From the NCBI GenBank assembly GCA_965198235.1, contig OZ240248.1, forward strand, positions 4,256,001 through 4,320,000: a DNA stretch of 64,000 nt. The letters are read 5' to 3'. The notes beneath the pieces are model-generated. The model was not told where the DNA came from. It did not search any database and saw nothing but the letters and a program-made list of their open reading frames with translations. Positions 48,762-58,629 of the stretch are shown here, in pieces. The DNA comes from Candidatus Poribacteria bacterium (GTDB lineage Bacteria; Poribacteria; WGA-4E; WGA-3G). Position 1 is the stretch's first letter. Every line of letters starts with the position of its first letter. The translations under genes and the position numbers were made by a program.

Positions 48762-49172
48762 ATGATTCAGCAAATCGAAATAACCTTACCCGAATACCCG
48801 CGCGGTTTCCATCTCGTCACAGATGAGATTATGAAATCGCTCGATGAATTGCCGAAAGAAGGTATCCTGCACCTCTTTATTAAGCACACCTCAGCAGGTT
48901 TGACCATCAACGAAAACGCAGACCCGACGGTACGTGAAGACTTTGCCAACAGTTTCGACCGTCTCGTTAAGGAACGCGAACCGTTCTATAAACACACAAT
49001 AGAAGGCGATGACGATATGCCAGCGCATATCAAAGCGTCACTCGTCGGCTTTACCGTCTCCGTCCCAATTACCAACCATCGCCTTAATTTAGGCATATGG
49101 CAGGGCATATACTTGTGCGAATTCCGAAACAGCGGTGGCAGACGAAATCTAACAGCAACACTTTACTTTTAA
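48762..49172 (+). CDS. yjbQ: YjbQ / UPF0047 (secondary thiamine-phosphate synthase-like)
   Basis: HTSAGLTINENADP, EGDDDMPAHIK, LGIWQGIYLCEF. Confidence 0.92.
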   Translation: MIQQIEITLPEYPRGFHLVTDEIMKSLDELPKEGILHLFIKHTSAGLTINENADPTVREDFANSFDRLVKEREPFYKHTIEGDDDMPAHIKASLVGFTVSVPITNHRLNLGIWQGIYLCEFRNSGGRRNLTATLYF

Positions 49173-49254
49173 TTATTCCTTGCGGTTCGGTTAGGTCAAT
49201 TGGGTAAATAACGTCACTCGCCGTATATCCGCCTGCGCCGTTGTGGCAGGCTAC
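49167..49254 (-). repeat. GTAG-hairpin element, inverted, overlapping the yjbQ stop codon
   Basis: Minus strand GTAGCCTGCCACAACGGCGCAGGCGGA...AACCGCAAGGAATAATTAAAA. Confidence 0.8.
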
Positions 49255-49298
49255 GGTCTCGTTGCTATATTATGGGTGGATGTCGTTCCTAAGTAGGA

Positions 49299-50060
49299 TT
49301 ACGACAAAGCACTATAGAGTTCTATATGTCGTTGCAGCACTGCATCTGAATCCGGCGGGTTAATAACCTCAATAGAGACGAACCCGTCGTATCCATCCTG
49401 TGCGAGAAGCGTAAGCGAATCTTTTTCCGTGTCTGGCAAGGGTCCACTGTCGCCGAAGTTGACATGCGCATGCCGCACTTTGCCGCGCAGATGCACATAA
49501 GCGACATTGATCGATTCCCCATGTCGAACATGATGTGCAGCGTGCCAATTCGCAAAGGTGTTCTGTGCCCCTGCTCGGTGTAAAGTCTCGGTTACGTAAC
49601 TGGCGATGAGATTGCCATGTGTCTCTAAACAGAGTGCGACCCCTGCTTCGCCTGCCAAGCCGTCGCAAGCACGAATGCCTGCCGCTTCCCAATCCAAAGT
49701 CTGGGACACCTCAACAGGTGTTTCTGGCACCCGATCCCCGAAAATCCGAATATTCTTTGCGCCCATCGTCTCGGACAAGTCAATATACCGTTTAAGTAGA
49801 TCCACCTGTTCGGCGCGTTTTTGCGCGTCCGGATCTATGAACCTCACCCCAGTCGCAATGCAGGAGAGTTCAATACCGCTATCGGCAAAGCGGCGGCGCG
49901 CATCCTGAAGTTGCTGCGGTGTTGAATCCAACTCCACGCCGTGTCCGTGATCCCATTCCACGCGGAGTTCTAAGTGTTCGTAATTGTAGTGTTTCGCTTT
50001 GTCAATGAGTTCCGCCAGTGTTAACGGCGGACACACAGACGACATAAAACCAAATCGCAT
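49299..50060 (-). CDS. Sugar phosphate isomerase/epimerase
   Basis: LELR, IRIFG, LETH, HAH, YDGFVSIE. Confidence 0.82.
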   Translation of the reverse strand: MRFGFMSSVCPPLTLAELIDKAKHYNYEHLELRVEWDHGHGVELDSTPQQLQDARRRFADSGIELSCIATGVRFIDPDAQKRAEQVDLLKRYIDLSETMGAKNIRIFGDRVPETPVEVSQTLDWEAAGIRACDGLAGEAGVALCLETHGNLIASYVTETLHRAGAQNTFANWHAAHHVRHGESINVAYVHLRGKVRHAHVNFGDSGPLPDTEKDSLTLLAQDGYDGFVSIEVINPPDSDAVLQRHIELYSALS

Positions 50061-50088
50061 GTAAGCCTCCAGTTTTGTTAGGTTAACC

Positions 50089-53000
50089 TCAATTTCCAAT
50101 ATATGAACTGCCGTCTCCCCGCTTTCTAACGTTGATCTTGACGGGCAAACGTCTCGTTAACTCCTGAATGTGGCTGATGAGAAAGATACTTCGTCCTTGC
50201 GTACGGAGTCCTTCCAATGCGGCGATAGCAATGTCAAGCGTTTCGGTATCAAGCGTGCCGAAGCCTTCATCAAGGAAGAGCGAATTGAGTTGCGCGCGTC
50301 CGCGACTCAGATCGGCGAGCGCGAGTGCCAAAGCGAGACTCGTCAGGAACGATTCTCCACCAGAGAGCGTTTCAACAGGACGTTCTTCGTTGGCATTCCA
50401 CCTGTCAATAACAGTCAAATCACCGATCCCCTCAACTTTAAGTTGGTAACGCTCAGAGGTGAGGTAGCGCAACTGCACGTTGGCGATACTGCCCATCTGC
50501 TTGAACATAATCTCCAGAGCAAAATCGCGCAAGTCATTTCTCGGAATCGTGTCATGTAACCGCTGCCAACGCTTCAATTCCTGCTCAGCTGCTCTCATTT
50601 CATCACCAAGCGACTCACGTTTTTCGAGATCGCGTTTCAAGTCTTTGATTTTCTGTTGTTGTGCACCAACTTCCAGTTGTGCTGCTTGGAGTTGTTTTCC
50701 AATTTCTTCTACTTGGGCTTCAATCCGCGCTAATGCCTCCGGATCGAACGGCGTTTCCTCAAACCGGGTTCGCAACTTGGTAATCTCTACCGCAAGCTGC
50801 TGCTTTTCGTTCTCATGCACATCAATTTGGTCGGTGAGTTCTTGGATCTGCGAATCATCTCGGAAAGCGTTGTCGTGTGCTTCTGGTGAATCAAATCCTG
50901 CCTTACTTAACTTCTCAAAGTAAGCATCGCGCGCTATTTCAAGTTTTTCGGCGGATTCTTCATACTGTTCCGCACAATGCCTATGAGTAGTCTGCTTTTG
51001 GGTGAGTAACTTTTGACTGTTCTGCAATTGCTGTTGGGCTGCATCGCGCCTGCTCTCTTTCGACTGCAGTTCCGTCTCTAACGTCTCAATAGCAACGTTA
51101 ATCTCATTCTCCGTTTCCAATCCGTCAGTTTTCTTGCGAACAGTGTCCAAAAATGCTTCTCCTTCGCGTCGATACTCGTCTATTTCGGCTCGCAATTTCT
51201 CGTGATCCCTCTGCAACCTCTCAAAGTTGTGCTGGTCTGTCTCAATTTTAGTATTCAGCAGATTAAGTTTCGCCTTTGCACTATCCCGTTCATCCTTTCG
51301 CTTCTCAACCTCCTCAATCCTCTCGCTAAACTGCTCTTTAGCATTTTCAGGGGAGATGTCGTGAAAAGCCTCCGGTAGCAATTTCCAAAAACGCTTTTCA
51401 GTAGATGTAATGTCAGTTTTCAAGTCCTCAAGAGCATCGCTGATATCCTGCAACTCTTCCTCAGTTTTTTCCAAGGCCTCTTTCTCTCGCTGAATGCCGC
51501 TCTCGCAAGTTTCAAATTGTTGTACTGCCGTTTGGCAAGCATGCGATGCCTGTATATGTGCTTGCTCGGCTTCCCTGAGGTTATCAATAGCAGTATCCGC
51601 CTCCTTAATCTGCTCGACTATCCACTCTGATGAAATATCAGGGTCCGGATATATCTCCTGCCATTCCGCGAGAAACTGTGCTATCTTGTGGTCCTGCAGT
51701 GCCGCTATTTCCGCCTCACAATCTTCAATTTGCTCAGCAGTGTTGCGTCTATTCTGTTGAGTTTGAACCTGTCTCGTTTGCAGAGCCTGCCTCTGCTCCT
51801 GCGCGGCTTGTGCCTCAACTTTCGCACTTTCTAATGCCTTTTCAGCGTCTTGCAGTCGTTCCTCGTCTTCAGGTTCTACGGCATCAGCGGACGGATGCTC
51901 CGTTGCCCCACACACCAAGCAGGGTTCTCCGGCGTGAAGATGCTGCCGAAGTTGATTGATTGGGTTTGCCAAAAGCGCGGATTCTCGCGCCGATTCACAA
52001 CGTTCAACTGCTTCTTCCAGATGCTGAGATACCTGCGCTTGGCTCGTCAATTCGGCTTCGATCTGTCCAAGTTCTGTGTCCAACGCTGCTTTTGCCTTGT
52101 TTAATTCGCGCAAATGATTTTTGGAGTTCGTCAAGTCATCTGCCGCTGATTCAATTTTTTGCGCAATAGGCTGTGCTTTGGTAGCCTTCTGTTTTCGGGT
52201 ATTCCATTCTTCCCGAGTGCCAGTTGCCAGCAGTGCATTCAGTTCAGCAGAGGCTTCTTCTAACGTAGCCTCTGCATCTGTCTTTTCCGCAAGCCCTTCT
52301 TCAAGAGTCTTAGACAATTTTTCAATTCCACGTTTTGACGACGACACTTTCTTTTCGTGCTGCGCTTTGTTCGCCGAAACCGTTTCCAACTGCTTTTCTT
52401 GTGAACCGAGTTCTACCAAAAGACCTGTTGCTTGGTTGAGGCAGTGTTGTCGATTTGACGGAAGCGGATTCTCATCTAAGAAGGTTTGCGCCGACTGAAT
52501 CTGTTCTTCCAACTGAGCTCGCTCAGTTTGTCTGCTGTCCAATTGGCTTGACAACCCTTTAATCTGTTCACCCAAGTTTTCCAAATCTGGAGTCCGTTTC
52601 CCTGCCTCCGTAAATCGATTTTCTGCTCGTTCTACATCTGCTTTTGCTTCTGCGTAGACCGCTACTTTCCGATCGCGTTCAGTGGATGCGGTCTGATACG
52701 CCTCCTCTTTTTTATCAAAATCGGCTTGGTCGGTTTTAACTTGCGCCTCTGCATCCGTTTTCTCCGTCGTTGCTACACGAAGTAACTCCTCTGCATCTTT
52801 CAGCTCCGATTTCGCGATATCGGACACCTGTTTTTCAGGACGCAGACCATTCGCACGCTGCGCTCGTTCCCGTTCTTCCTCAAGATTATCAATCTCCGTT
52901 TGCTGCTCCGAGAGTTCCGTTTGACGTTTTTCTGAGGACTGGAGTCTTGCAAAATCCTCTTTCCGCTTCGCTTCCCGCTCCATCTCCTCCTGAATCTCCT

Positions 53001-53685
53001 TGCTTTGTAGCACTAATGCCGCAACTTCCTGTTGTTGTCTATCAAGTTCCGCCTCAGCTTGTGTGAGTTGTTCGCGAGACACTTCGGGAATAGTGCCAAG
53101 TTTTTGCAAAACCTCCTGATGTTCAGCCTCAACCGCATTCACCTTGTCATTTAACGCTTGTCTGAGTATGTCATAGATGTGGATGCCCGCGGTCGCCTCC
53201 AAAATCGTCCGCCTATCTTCTCTGCTTGCTTTCAAAAACGCAGCGAACTCACCTTGCGCCAACATGACAGAGCGTCTGAAAGCATTGAAATCAAGCCCTA
53301 AGATAGATTCTACTTCTTGAGCAACCTTAGTTGTGATTAAGTCCCCAGATTCATCATACAATCGACCTTGAGGAGAACCTTTACCACTAATAGACCAAGT
53401 GGCATGATAACGCTTGCTATTTGCCTCAAAATAAACTTCAGCGAACCCCTCGGTTTCTCCATGACTGATCAGATGCCGCGGATGTTGGTTTTTCGTTCCA
53501 TGCAAGCGCGGCGTTTTTCCGTAGAGGGCGACGCAAATTGCGTCCAACAAAGTCGTTTTCCCGGCACCGGTTGGGCCGGTAATTGCTACAAGTGATGCAT
53601 CACCCAATGGCGAACTTTCAAAGTCCAGATCAACTTCCTGACGAAAACTATTCAGATTTTTAAGCTTCAGTTTACATAATTTCAT
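50089..53685 (-). CDS. sbcC: SbcC (SMC-like ATPase of the SbcCD nuclease)
   Basis: GPTGAGKT, LAQGEF, coiled coil with CLVCG zinc hook, LSGGE, LFLDEGFGTLD, ISH. Confidence 0.93.
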   Translation of the reverse strand: MKLCKLKLKNLNSFRQEVDLDFESSPLGDASLVAITGPTGAGKTTLLDAICVALYGKTPRLHGTKNQHPRHLISHGETEGFAEVYFEANSKRYHATWSISGKGSPQGRLYDESGDLITTKVAQEVESILGLDFNAFRRSVMLAQGEFAAFLKASREDRRTILEATAGIHIYDILRQALNDKVNAVEAEHQEVLQKLGTIPEVSREQLTQAEAELDRQQQEVAALVLQSKEIQEEMEREAKRKEDFARLQSSEKRQTELSEQQTEIDNLEEERERAQRANGLRPEKQVSDIAKSELKDAEELLRVATTEKTDAEAQVKTDQADFDKKEEAYQTASTERDRKVAVYAEAKADVERAENRFTEAGKRTPDLENLGEQIKGLSSQLDSRQTERAQLEEQIQSAQTFLDENPLPSNRQHCLNQATGLLVELGSQEKQLETVSANKAQHEKKVSSSKRGIEKLSKTLEEGLAEKTDAEATLEEASAELNALLATGTREEWNTRKQKATKAQPIAQKIESAADDLTNSKNHLRELNKAKAALDTELGQIEAELTSQAQVSQHLEEAVERCESARESALLANPINQLRQHLHAGEPCLVCGATEHPSADAVEPEDEERLQDAEKALESAKVEAQAAQEQRQALQTRQVQTQQNRRNTAEQIEDCEAEIAALQDHKIAQFLAEWQEIYPDPDISSEWIVEQIKEADTAIDNLREAEQAHIQASHACQTAVQQFETCESGIQREKEALEKTEEELQDISDALEDLKTDITSTEKRFWKLLPEAFHDISPENAKEQFSERIEEVEKRKDERDSAKAKLNLLNTKIETDQHNFERLQRDHEKLRAEIDEYRREGEAFLDTVRKKTDGLETENEINVAIETLETELQSKESRRDAAQQQLQNSQKLLTQKQTTHRHCAEQYEESAEKLEIARDAYFEKLSKAGFDSPEAHDNAFRDDSQIQELTDQIDVHENEKQQLAVEITKLRTRFEETPFDPEALARIEAQVEEIGKQLQAAQLEVGAQQQKIKDLKRDLEKRESLGDEMRAAEQELKRWQRLHDTIPRNDLRDFALEIMFKQMGSIANVQLRYLTSERYQLKVEGIGDLTVIDRWNANEERPVETLSGGESFLTSLALALALADLSRGRAQLNSLFLDEGFGTLDTETLDIAIAALEGLRTQGRSIFLISHIQELTRRLPVKINVRKRGDGSSYIGN

Positions 53686-54854
53686 TGTTCCTCCGAAACC
53701 ATTTGTAATAATTCATTGAAAGTTCGCGCTAAATTATCATCCGGCGGTTCACCTTCAAACCTCGACTTATGAAATTGCTCAAAGATTTCTTCGGGACGCT
53801 TCATATCTTCAACAGATATCTCGGGACCACGCGTTGTCTCCGGCAGCTCAACTTCAACAACCAAAACCTCTCCACCCCGATCACTGAAGACTTGGCGTAT
53901 CTCATCACTGATGCCGACCCTCGGTGTGTCTAATGTCAACTTGACCTGGATGTACTTGCCCTCCCAGTTCCCCGTCATTGCCGCTGACAAAACGCAATTC
54001 TCATTACCTTCAACAGTACACAATTCCTTGAAAACGGGGATCTCAATTTCTTTATCTTGGGTCAGTGAGCCATCGTCAGACACCTCCATCAGATACACTT
54101 TCTTGCGATACTCCGCTTCGTTAAACCTCAGCGGAATCGGCGAACCTGAATACCGAATTGGATAATCGGTACCCTTGATCGTCTGTGGCCTATGAAGATG
54201 CCCGAGGGCAACATAATCCACACCCTCTGGGAAATCACTGGCGTGAATAGCAGTAGCACCCCCAATCTGAATATTTCGCTCAGAATCGGTTACTTTCCCA
54301 CCTTGAACGAAGAGATGTCCCATTAAAATTTTAGGGAGTTCTACAGGCATACATGCGACACAATCGGCGTAGAATGCCTTAAGCCACTCCCGATACCGAT
54401 CGTTTCTTTCTGCCTCCGTTTGATATGAGAAATGTCGAAGCTCGCTTTCTAAGAGGTATGGAACAGCCGCAACCATGACGCGCGGGTTGTCGGGTGGAAA
54501 CAGTAAAACACATTTGGCAGGCTCGGTGGTAAGTCCAACAACGTAAATTCTGCCCATTTCGAGAAATTCCCGTGGGGCTTCCAAGTGTCGCGCAGAATCG
54601 TGATTACCCGCTGTAATCACCGCGTATGCATCAGTTTCATCAAAAAGACGATAGAGAAACCGATAATAGAGGTTTGTTGCTTCTGCTGACGGAAGGGAGG
54701 TATCAAAAATATCGCCTGAAACGAGGAGGAGATCGACTTTACGTTTCTGAATTGTTTCAAGGAGCCAGTCCAAGAATTGTTCGTGTTCGTCAAGTCGGGA
54801 ACGTTCGTGGAGTCGTTGGCCGATGTGCCAATCGGCGGTGTGCAGAATTCTCAT
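53682..54854 (-). CDS. sbcD: SbcD nuclease
   Basis: HTADWHIG, GDIFD, GNHDS, YVALGHLH, YSGSP. Confidence 0.93.
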   Translation of the reverse strand: MRILHTADWHIGQRLHERSRLDEHEQFLDWLLETIQKRKVDLLLVSGDIFDTSLPSAEATNLYYRFLYRLFDETDAYAVITAGNHDSARHLEAPREFLEMGRIYVVGLTTEPAKCVLLFPPDNPRVMVAAVPYLLESELRHFSYQTEAERNDRYREWLKAFYADCVACMPVELPKILMGHLFVQGGKVTDSERNIQIGGATAIHASDFPEGVDYVALGHLHRPQTIKGTDYPIRYSGSPIPLRFNEAEYRKKVYLMEVSDDGSLTQDKEIEIPVFKELCTVEGNENCVLSAAMTGNWEGKYIQVKLTLDTPRVGISDEIRQVFSDRGGEVLVVEVELPETTRGPEISVEDMKRPEEIFEQFHKSRFEGEPPDDNLARTFNELLQMVSEEQ

Positions 54855-55081
54855 ATTTTTCGTAAGTTTACCACCCGTTGTAGATTGTTTCGCGGATCTA
54901 ATAGGCATTATCGTAACAAATCCCAAGCCTTTTTTCAAGCAAATTAACCATTGCAAAAAAATACGGGGCATGATAGACTAAAAGCCATTCTGAAGTCATT
55001 CGCTTTTGACGTTCGCTGTCTACGACGAAAAAACAATATTTTCCCATCACTGGCAGCAGGTGGGAGTAAGGAGTTAGACCT

Positions 55082-56284
55082 ATGAGTAACAACGGACGGA
55101 CCTTAACCGCAGAACTGAAAGAAATGGAAGTCTACGGCGAAACGCGGGTCGGGTGGGATGAGAATACACCCGTCAATGAAACCGTCGATGCGGAAGGAAA
55201 TCTTTTCCCCGGCAAAAGAGGATTTGGTGTAGCAGATCCCAATTCACCCAAACGCCGTGTCTACGACGATACGGAGGTCGAAGCATTACGTGAAAAACTA
55301 CACGAGCACAACGGCATTCACGGACTTGAAATCTGCGAACCCCACGAAACCAAGAAAATCGCTCGAATCTTCCATCGCGATGGTTTCGCTGTCGTTAAAG
55401 ACCTCCTCAACGCCGAGCAACTCGCACGCTGGCGAGCAGGATGCGCCGAAGCACTTCGTGACATCCTCTCAATACCCGGACCAGGGGACAGAAAATACAT
55501 AGCCGAAACCGGACGCCTACCACATCGCTATAGCTACGGCACCTCTTCCGCTTCAAGACAGATGCTGCACCACTCCGCTTGGGCAAGCATGATAGATCTA
55601 CCGACAACAACCCCCATCGTCACAGAAATTTTCGGTTCTTCAGATTATCGTGTCTGGGGTTCAGGTGGAGACCTCTGCCTCCCCGGTGCAGTAGAGTATC
55701 AACACTTGCATCCCGACGGCAGGGATCCACAGCACCTCTCCGAAGCACGCATCAAGCAAGCAGAACTCCTCGGTGTTCAACTCCATAGAGATGACAACGG
55801 AAACCTTGATGTCCCATCAGAAAAGATGATTATGGAAATGACACCGCCGACCGTAACCATTAACTTCGTCATGTGTGATCTGACTTGGGAAAACGGTCCG
55901 ATTCGTCAGATTCCAGGGACACATACACTGCAACAGAATCCGCCGCCTCCGGGCGATGAACCCGATTGGATGAAACATTCAACGCTCGTCGGTGCGACAG
56001 CTGGTTCCGGTGTGTTCCGAGATAATCGCGCATGGCACGGTGCAACTCCCAATCTCTCAAAAGAGATTCGCGCATTGCCTAATGTCGAGTACGCCTCACC
56101 GTGGCGTTCACAACACGGTTTCAGCAGGATTATGCCGCACGAAATTTGGGAAACCTTGACACCACACGCTCAGAAATTATGTGATTGGATCAAAGCGGAC
56201 CCAGGTGTCTGGCCCCCCGGTGCCGGTATTATGCATCCGCTCGCAAGCAAGCGCGCAGAAGCAGCAAAAGGACGGAACAGTTAA
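55082..56284 (+). CDS. PhyH family dioxygenase
   Basis: FHRDGF, LHPD, ENGPIRQIPGTH, RAWHG. Confidence 0.85.
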   Translation: MSNNGRTLTAELKEMEVYGETRVGWDENTPVNETVDAEGNLFPGKRGFGVADPNSPKRRVYDDTEVEALREKLHEHNGIHGLEICEPHETKKIARIFHRDGFAVVKDLLNAEQLARWRAGCAEALRDILSIPGPGDRKYIAETGRLPHRYSYGTSSASRQMLHHSAWASMIDLPTTTPIVTEIFGSSDYRVWGSGGDLCLPGAVEYQHLHPDGRDPQHLSEARIKQAELLGVQLHRDDNGNLDVPSEKMIMEMTPPTVTINFVMCDLTWENGPIRQIPGTHTLQQNPPPPGDEPDWMKHSTLVGATAGSGVFRDNRAWHGATPNLSKEIRALPNVEYASPWRSQHGFSRIMPHEIWETLTPHAQKLCDWIKADPGVWPPGAGIMHPLASKRAEAAKGRNS

Positions 56285-56300
56285 CAGGAGGAAACAGGAT

Positions 56301-57341
56301 ATGTTAAACTGGGGCGTTATGGGTGCAGGTGGCATCGCGTATGTCTTCTGCAACGGAATACGTTTTACAGACTCCGGGCAGATTCTTGCCGTAGCGAGTC
56401 GTACCCAATCCCGTATGGACAGGCTCGTCAACGATTATTCGATTCCGCGTCAATACAACGATTACGCTGATCTGCTGACGGATGACGACATTGATGCTGT
56501 CTATATAGCGACAATTCATCCACTTCATGCGGAGTGGGCGATAAAGTGTGCCGAGGCAGGAAAACATCTGCTCATTGAGAAACCGATCAGCATGAACCAC
56601 GCCGAAGCCGCGGCTATGGTAGACGCAGCACGCGAAAATGACGTGTTTCTCATGGAAGCCTTTATGTATCGTTGCCATCCACAGGTAGCAAAGGTGGTTG
56701 AACTGATACAGGACGGCACGATCGGTGATGTTCAAGTCATCCGTGCGACGTTCGGCTACCGTTCGGGTTTCAACCCGCAGAGTCGGATCTATAACCATGA
56801 AATGGGAGGTGGTGGTATCCTTGACATCGGAGGCTATACCGCTTCAATGGCTCGGAAAATCGCAGGTGCAGCGGTGAATGAACTGTTTCTGGATCCGATC
56901 TCTGTAAAAGGAAACGGGAAAGTCGGTCCTACGGGTGTTGACCATATCGCAGCTGCGACCCTGAAATTTGAGAACGACATTATCGCGGAGATAATTTGTG
57001 CCGTTGAATGCAGTTACGGAAGTAGCGTTATCGTCTACGGCACGGAGGGAACGCTAACGATTCCGAACCCATGGCTGCCATCATCGCCTTGCCGAGGTGC
57101 GAGGACCCCGTTGCCACCTGACACAACTTTCCCCGCGACGCAACTTATCATCCAATCGTCCCAGAGCAGAGAAACCACCGAAGTGACAATCGCTGCTGAT
57201 AGGGATCTGTTTACTTACGAAGCGGATACGGTAGCCAACCATATCGCAGATCGGCAAGCACCGGTGATGTCTTGGAACGACACGCTCGGTAACATGCAAC
57301 TGCTGGACGCTTGGCTCGCAGAGGTAGGCGTTGTTCATTAA
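56301..57341 (+). CDS. Gfo/Idh/MocA family oxidoreductase
   Basis: WGVMGAGGIA, GKHLLIEKP, GGGILDIGGY. Confidence 0.9.
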   Translation: MLNWGVMGAGGIAYVFCNGIRFTDSGQILAVASRTQSRMDRLVNDYSIPRQYNDYADLLTDDDIDAVYIATIHPLHAEWAIKCAEAGKHLLIEKPISMNHAEAAAMVDAARENDVFLMEAFMYRCHPQVAKVVELIQDGTIGDVQVIRATFGYRSGFNPQSRIYNHEMGGGGILDIGGYTASMARKIAGAAVNELFLDPISVKGNGKVGPTGVDHIAAATLKFENDIIAEIICAVECSYGSSVIVYGTEGTLTIPNPWLPSSPCRGARTPLPPDTTFPATQLIIQSSQSRETTEVTIAADRDLFTYEADTVANHIADRQAPVMSWNDTLGNMQLLDAWLAEVGVVH

Positions 57342-57389
57342 GAAGTATGCAGGACGTAGAATTCCACAATCATTCAGGAGTTACTATCG

Positions 57390-58601
57390 ATGGTGAGAGA
57401 CGAAATTTTTCAGGAACGCGTTGTCCGGGTTGAAAAGCCGTCGGCGCACTTTACACTACTTCGTAACGCCGATGGCGATTTCCTCGGCGTGTCTGACACT
57501 AACGAACTCGCAACTTTTGACTATACCGACGATAAAGCGATATGGGAACAGGTCAAAGGTGCCGATGCTTACCGCCACGTCGTCACGGATATTCAACTCG
57601 AAGCCGAATCCCCTGACGCTGAGAACGGCTGCTATCTTCGTCATAATGGGGATCCACTCGCGAGTGACGGCAGCGTAGGAAACGAAGGTGCCGTGTTCTC
57701 CGTTGGACACGGTCCGGCACACCTGCCATCCGAATATCTGGAATCATTCAAGCAAAATGGATGGGCATGCCTCCCATCTATCATCGCCCTTGATATTGTC
57801 GAAGAGTTGGAACGGGTAAGTGGCACCGGTCGCTGGGAAGATGGAACCTACGATCGAAGTATTCCTCCGTTGAATCAGACCGCAGCGGTGGCAAAAATTG
57901 CAACGGAACCCGTCTCCTTGTGGCTCATGCGGCAATACATGCAGACGCAGGAAATCCGGCTTGGACATTCTCCGAGTTTCGCCATACTCCTCAAAGACGA
58001 CGGCAAGCGGAACGTTCAAGGTTGGCACTCAGATTTTCCTTACCTCTGGGGCATTGCCGGTAGTGAGGTTGTCAATCGAATACCGGTTCACAAGGTCGAT
58101 GGTTTGGTCATGGGTGTCCAGCGTAATCTGTGCGTCTCAGAATTCCGCAAGGAAAACGGGGCGACCTGTTTCAAACTTGGATCCCACATACTCGGTCAAG
58201 GTCCGCCGATAGAGTGGGGAAACGGAAATGCCTCCAGGCAGGAAGACTACCGTGAGTCCAAAGGATTGCCATACACCGGACCGGATGCAGATGTGGTCGA
58301 GGCACCGCCGGGTAGCTACATCGTCTACGATTCTCGGATTTGGCATCGCGCTGGCGTAAATCGCACGCCGCATAAGCGCGCCGCGATGTTGCAGGCGGTA
58401 ATTCCGATGTACATCATGCCGTTCATGGATACAAGTCGTCCGTACAAAGACTTTATCCACAGCCCCTTGGCAGAAGAACTGACTGCGCTTGAGCATAAAG
58501 AACTTGAGGCGATCATGGTAAATAAGATGGTTGGACCACAGGGGCATCTGGCAATCACCGTTGACGAAGAATTGACTGAGAAAATACGTCCACCTCAGTA
58601 G
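57390..58601 (+). CDS. PhyH family dioxygenase with an extra N-terminal domain
   Basis: FKQNGW, WHSD, ENGAT..GSH, IWHRAG. Confidence 0.82.
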   Translation: MVRDEIFQERVVRVEKPSAHFTLLRNADGDFLGVSDTNELATFDYTDDKAIWEQVKGADAYRHVVTDIQLEAESPDAENGCYLRHNGDPLASDGSVGNEGAVFSVGHGPAHLPSEYLESFKQNGWACLPSIIALDIVEELERVSGTGRWEDGTYDRSIPPLNQTAAVAKIATEPVSLWLMRQYMQTQEIRLGHSPSFAILLKDDGKRNVQGWHSDFPYLWGIAGSEVVNRIPVHKVDGLVMGVQRNLCVSEFRKENGATCFKLGSHILGQGPPIEWGNGNASRQEDYRESKGLPYTGPDADVVEAPPGSYIVYDSRIWHRAGVNRTPHKRAAMLQAVIPMYIMPFMDTSRPYKDFIHSPLAEELTALEHKELEAIMVNKMVGPQGHLAITVDEELTEKIRPPQ

Positions 58602-58629
58602 CATCATTAAGCGCGAAGGAGACAAAGAT

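Noticed and set aside
50089-54854. SMC-like ATPase plus nuclease as a novel defence system (Wadjet or Lamassu-like)
   Set aside because: Motifs and gene order match ordinary sbcD-sbcC; no accessory effector genes are adjacent
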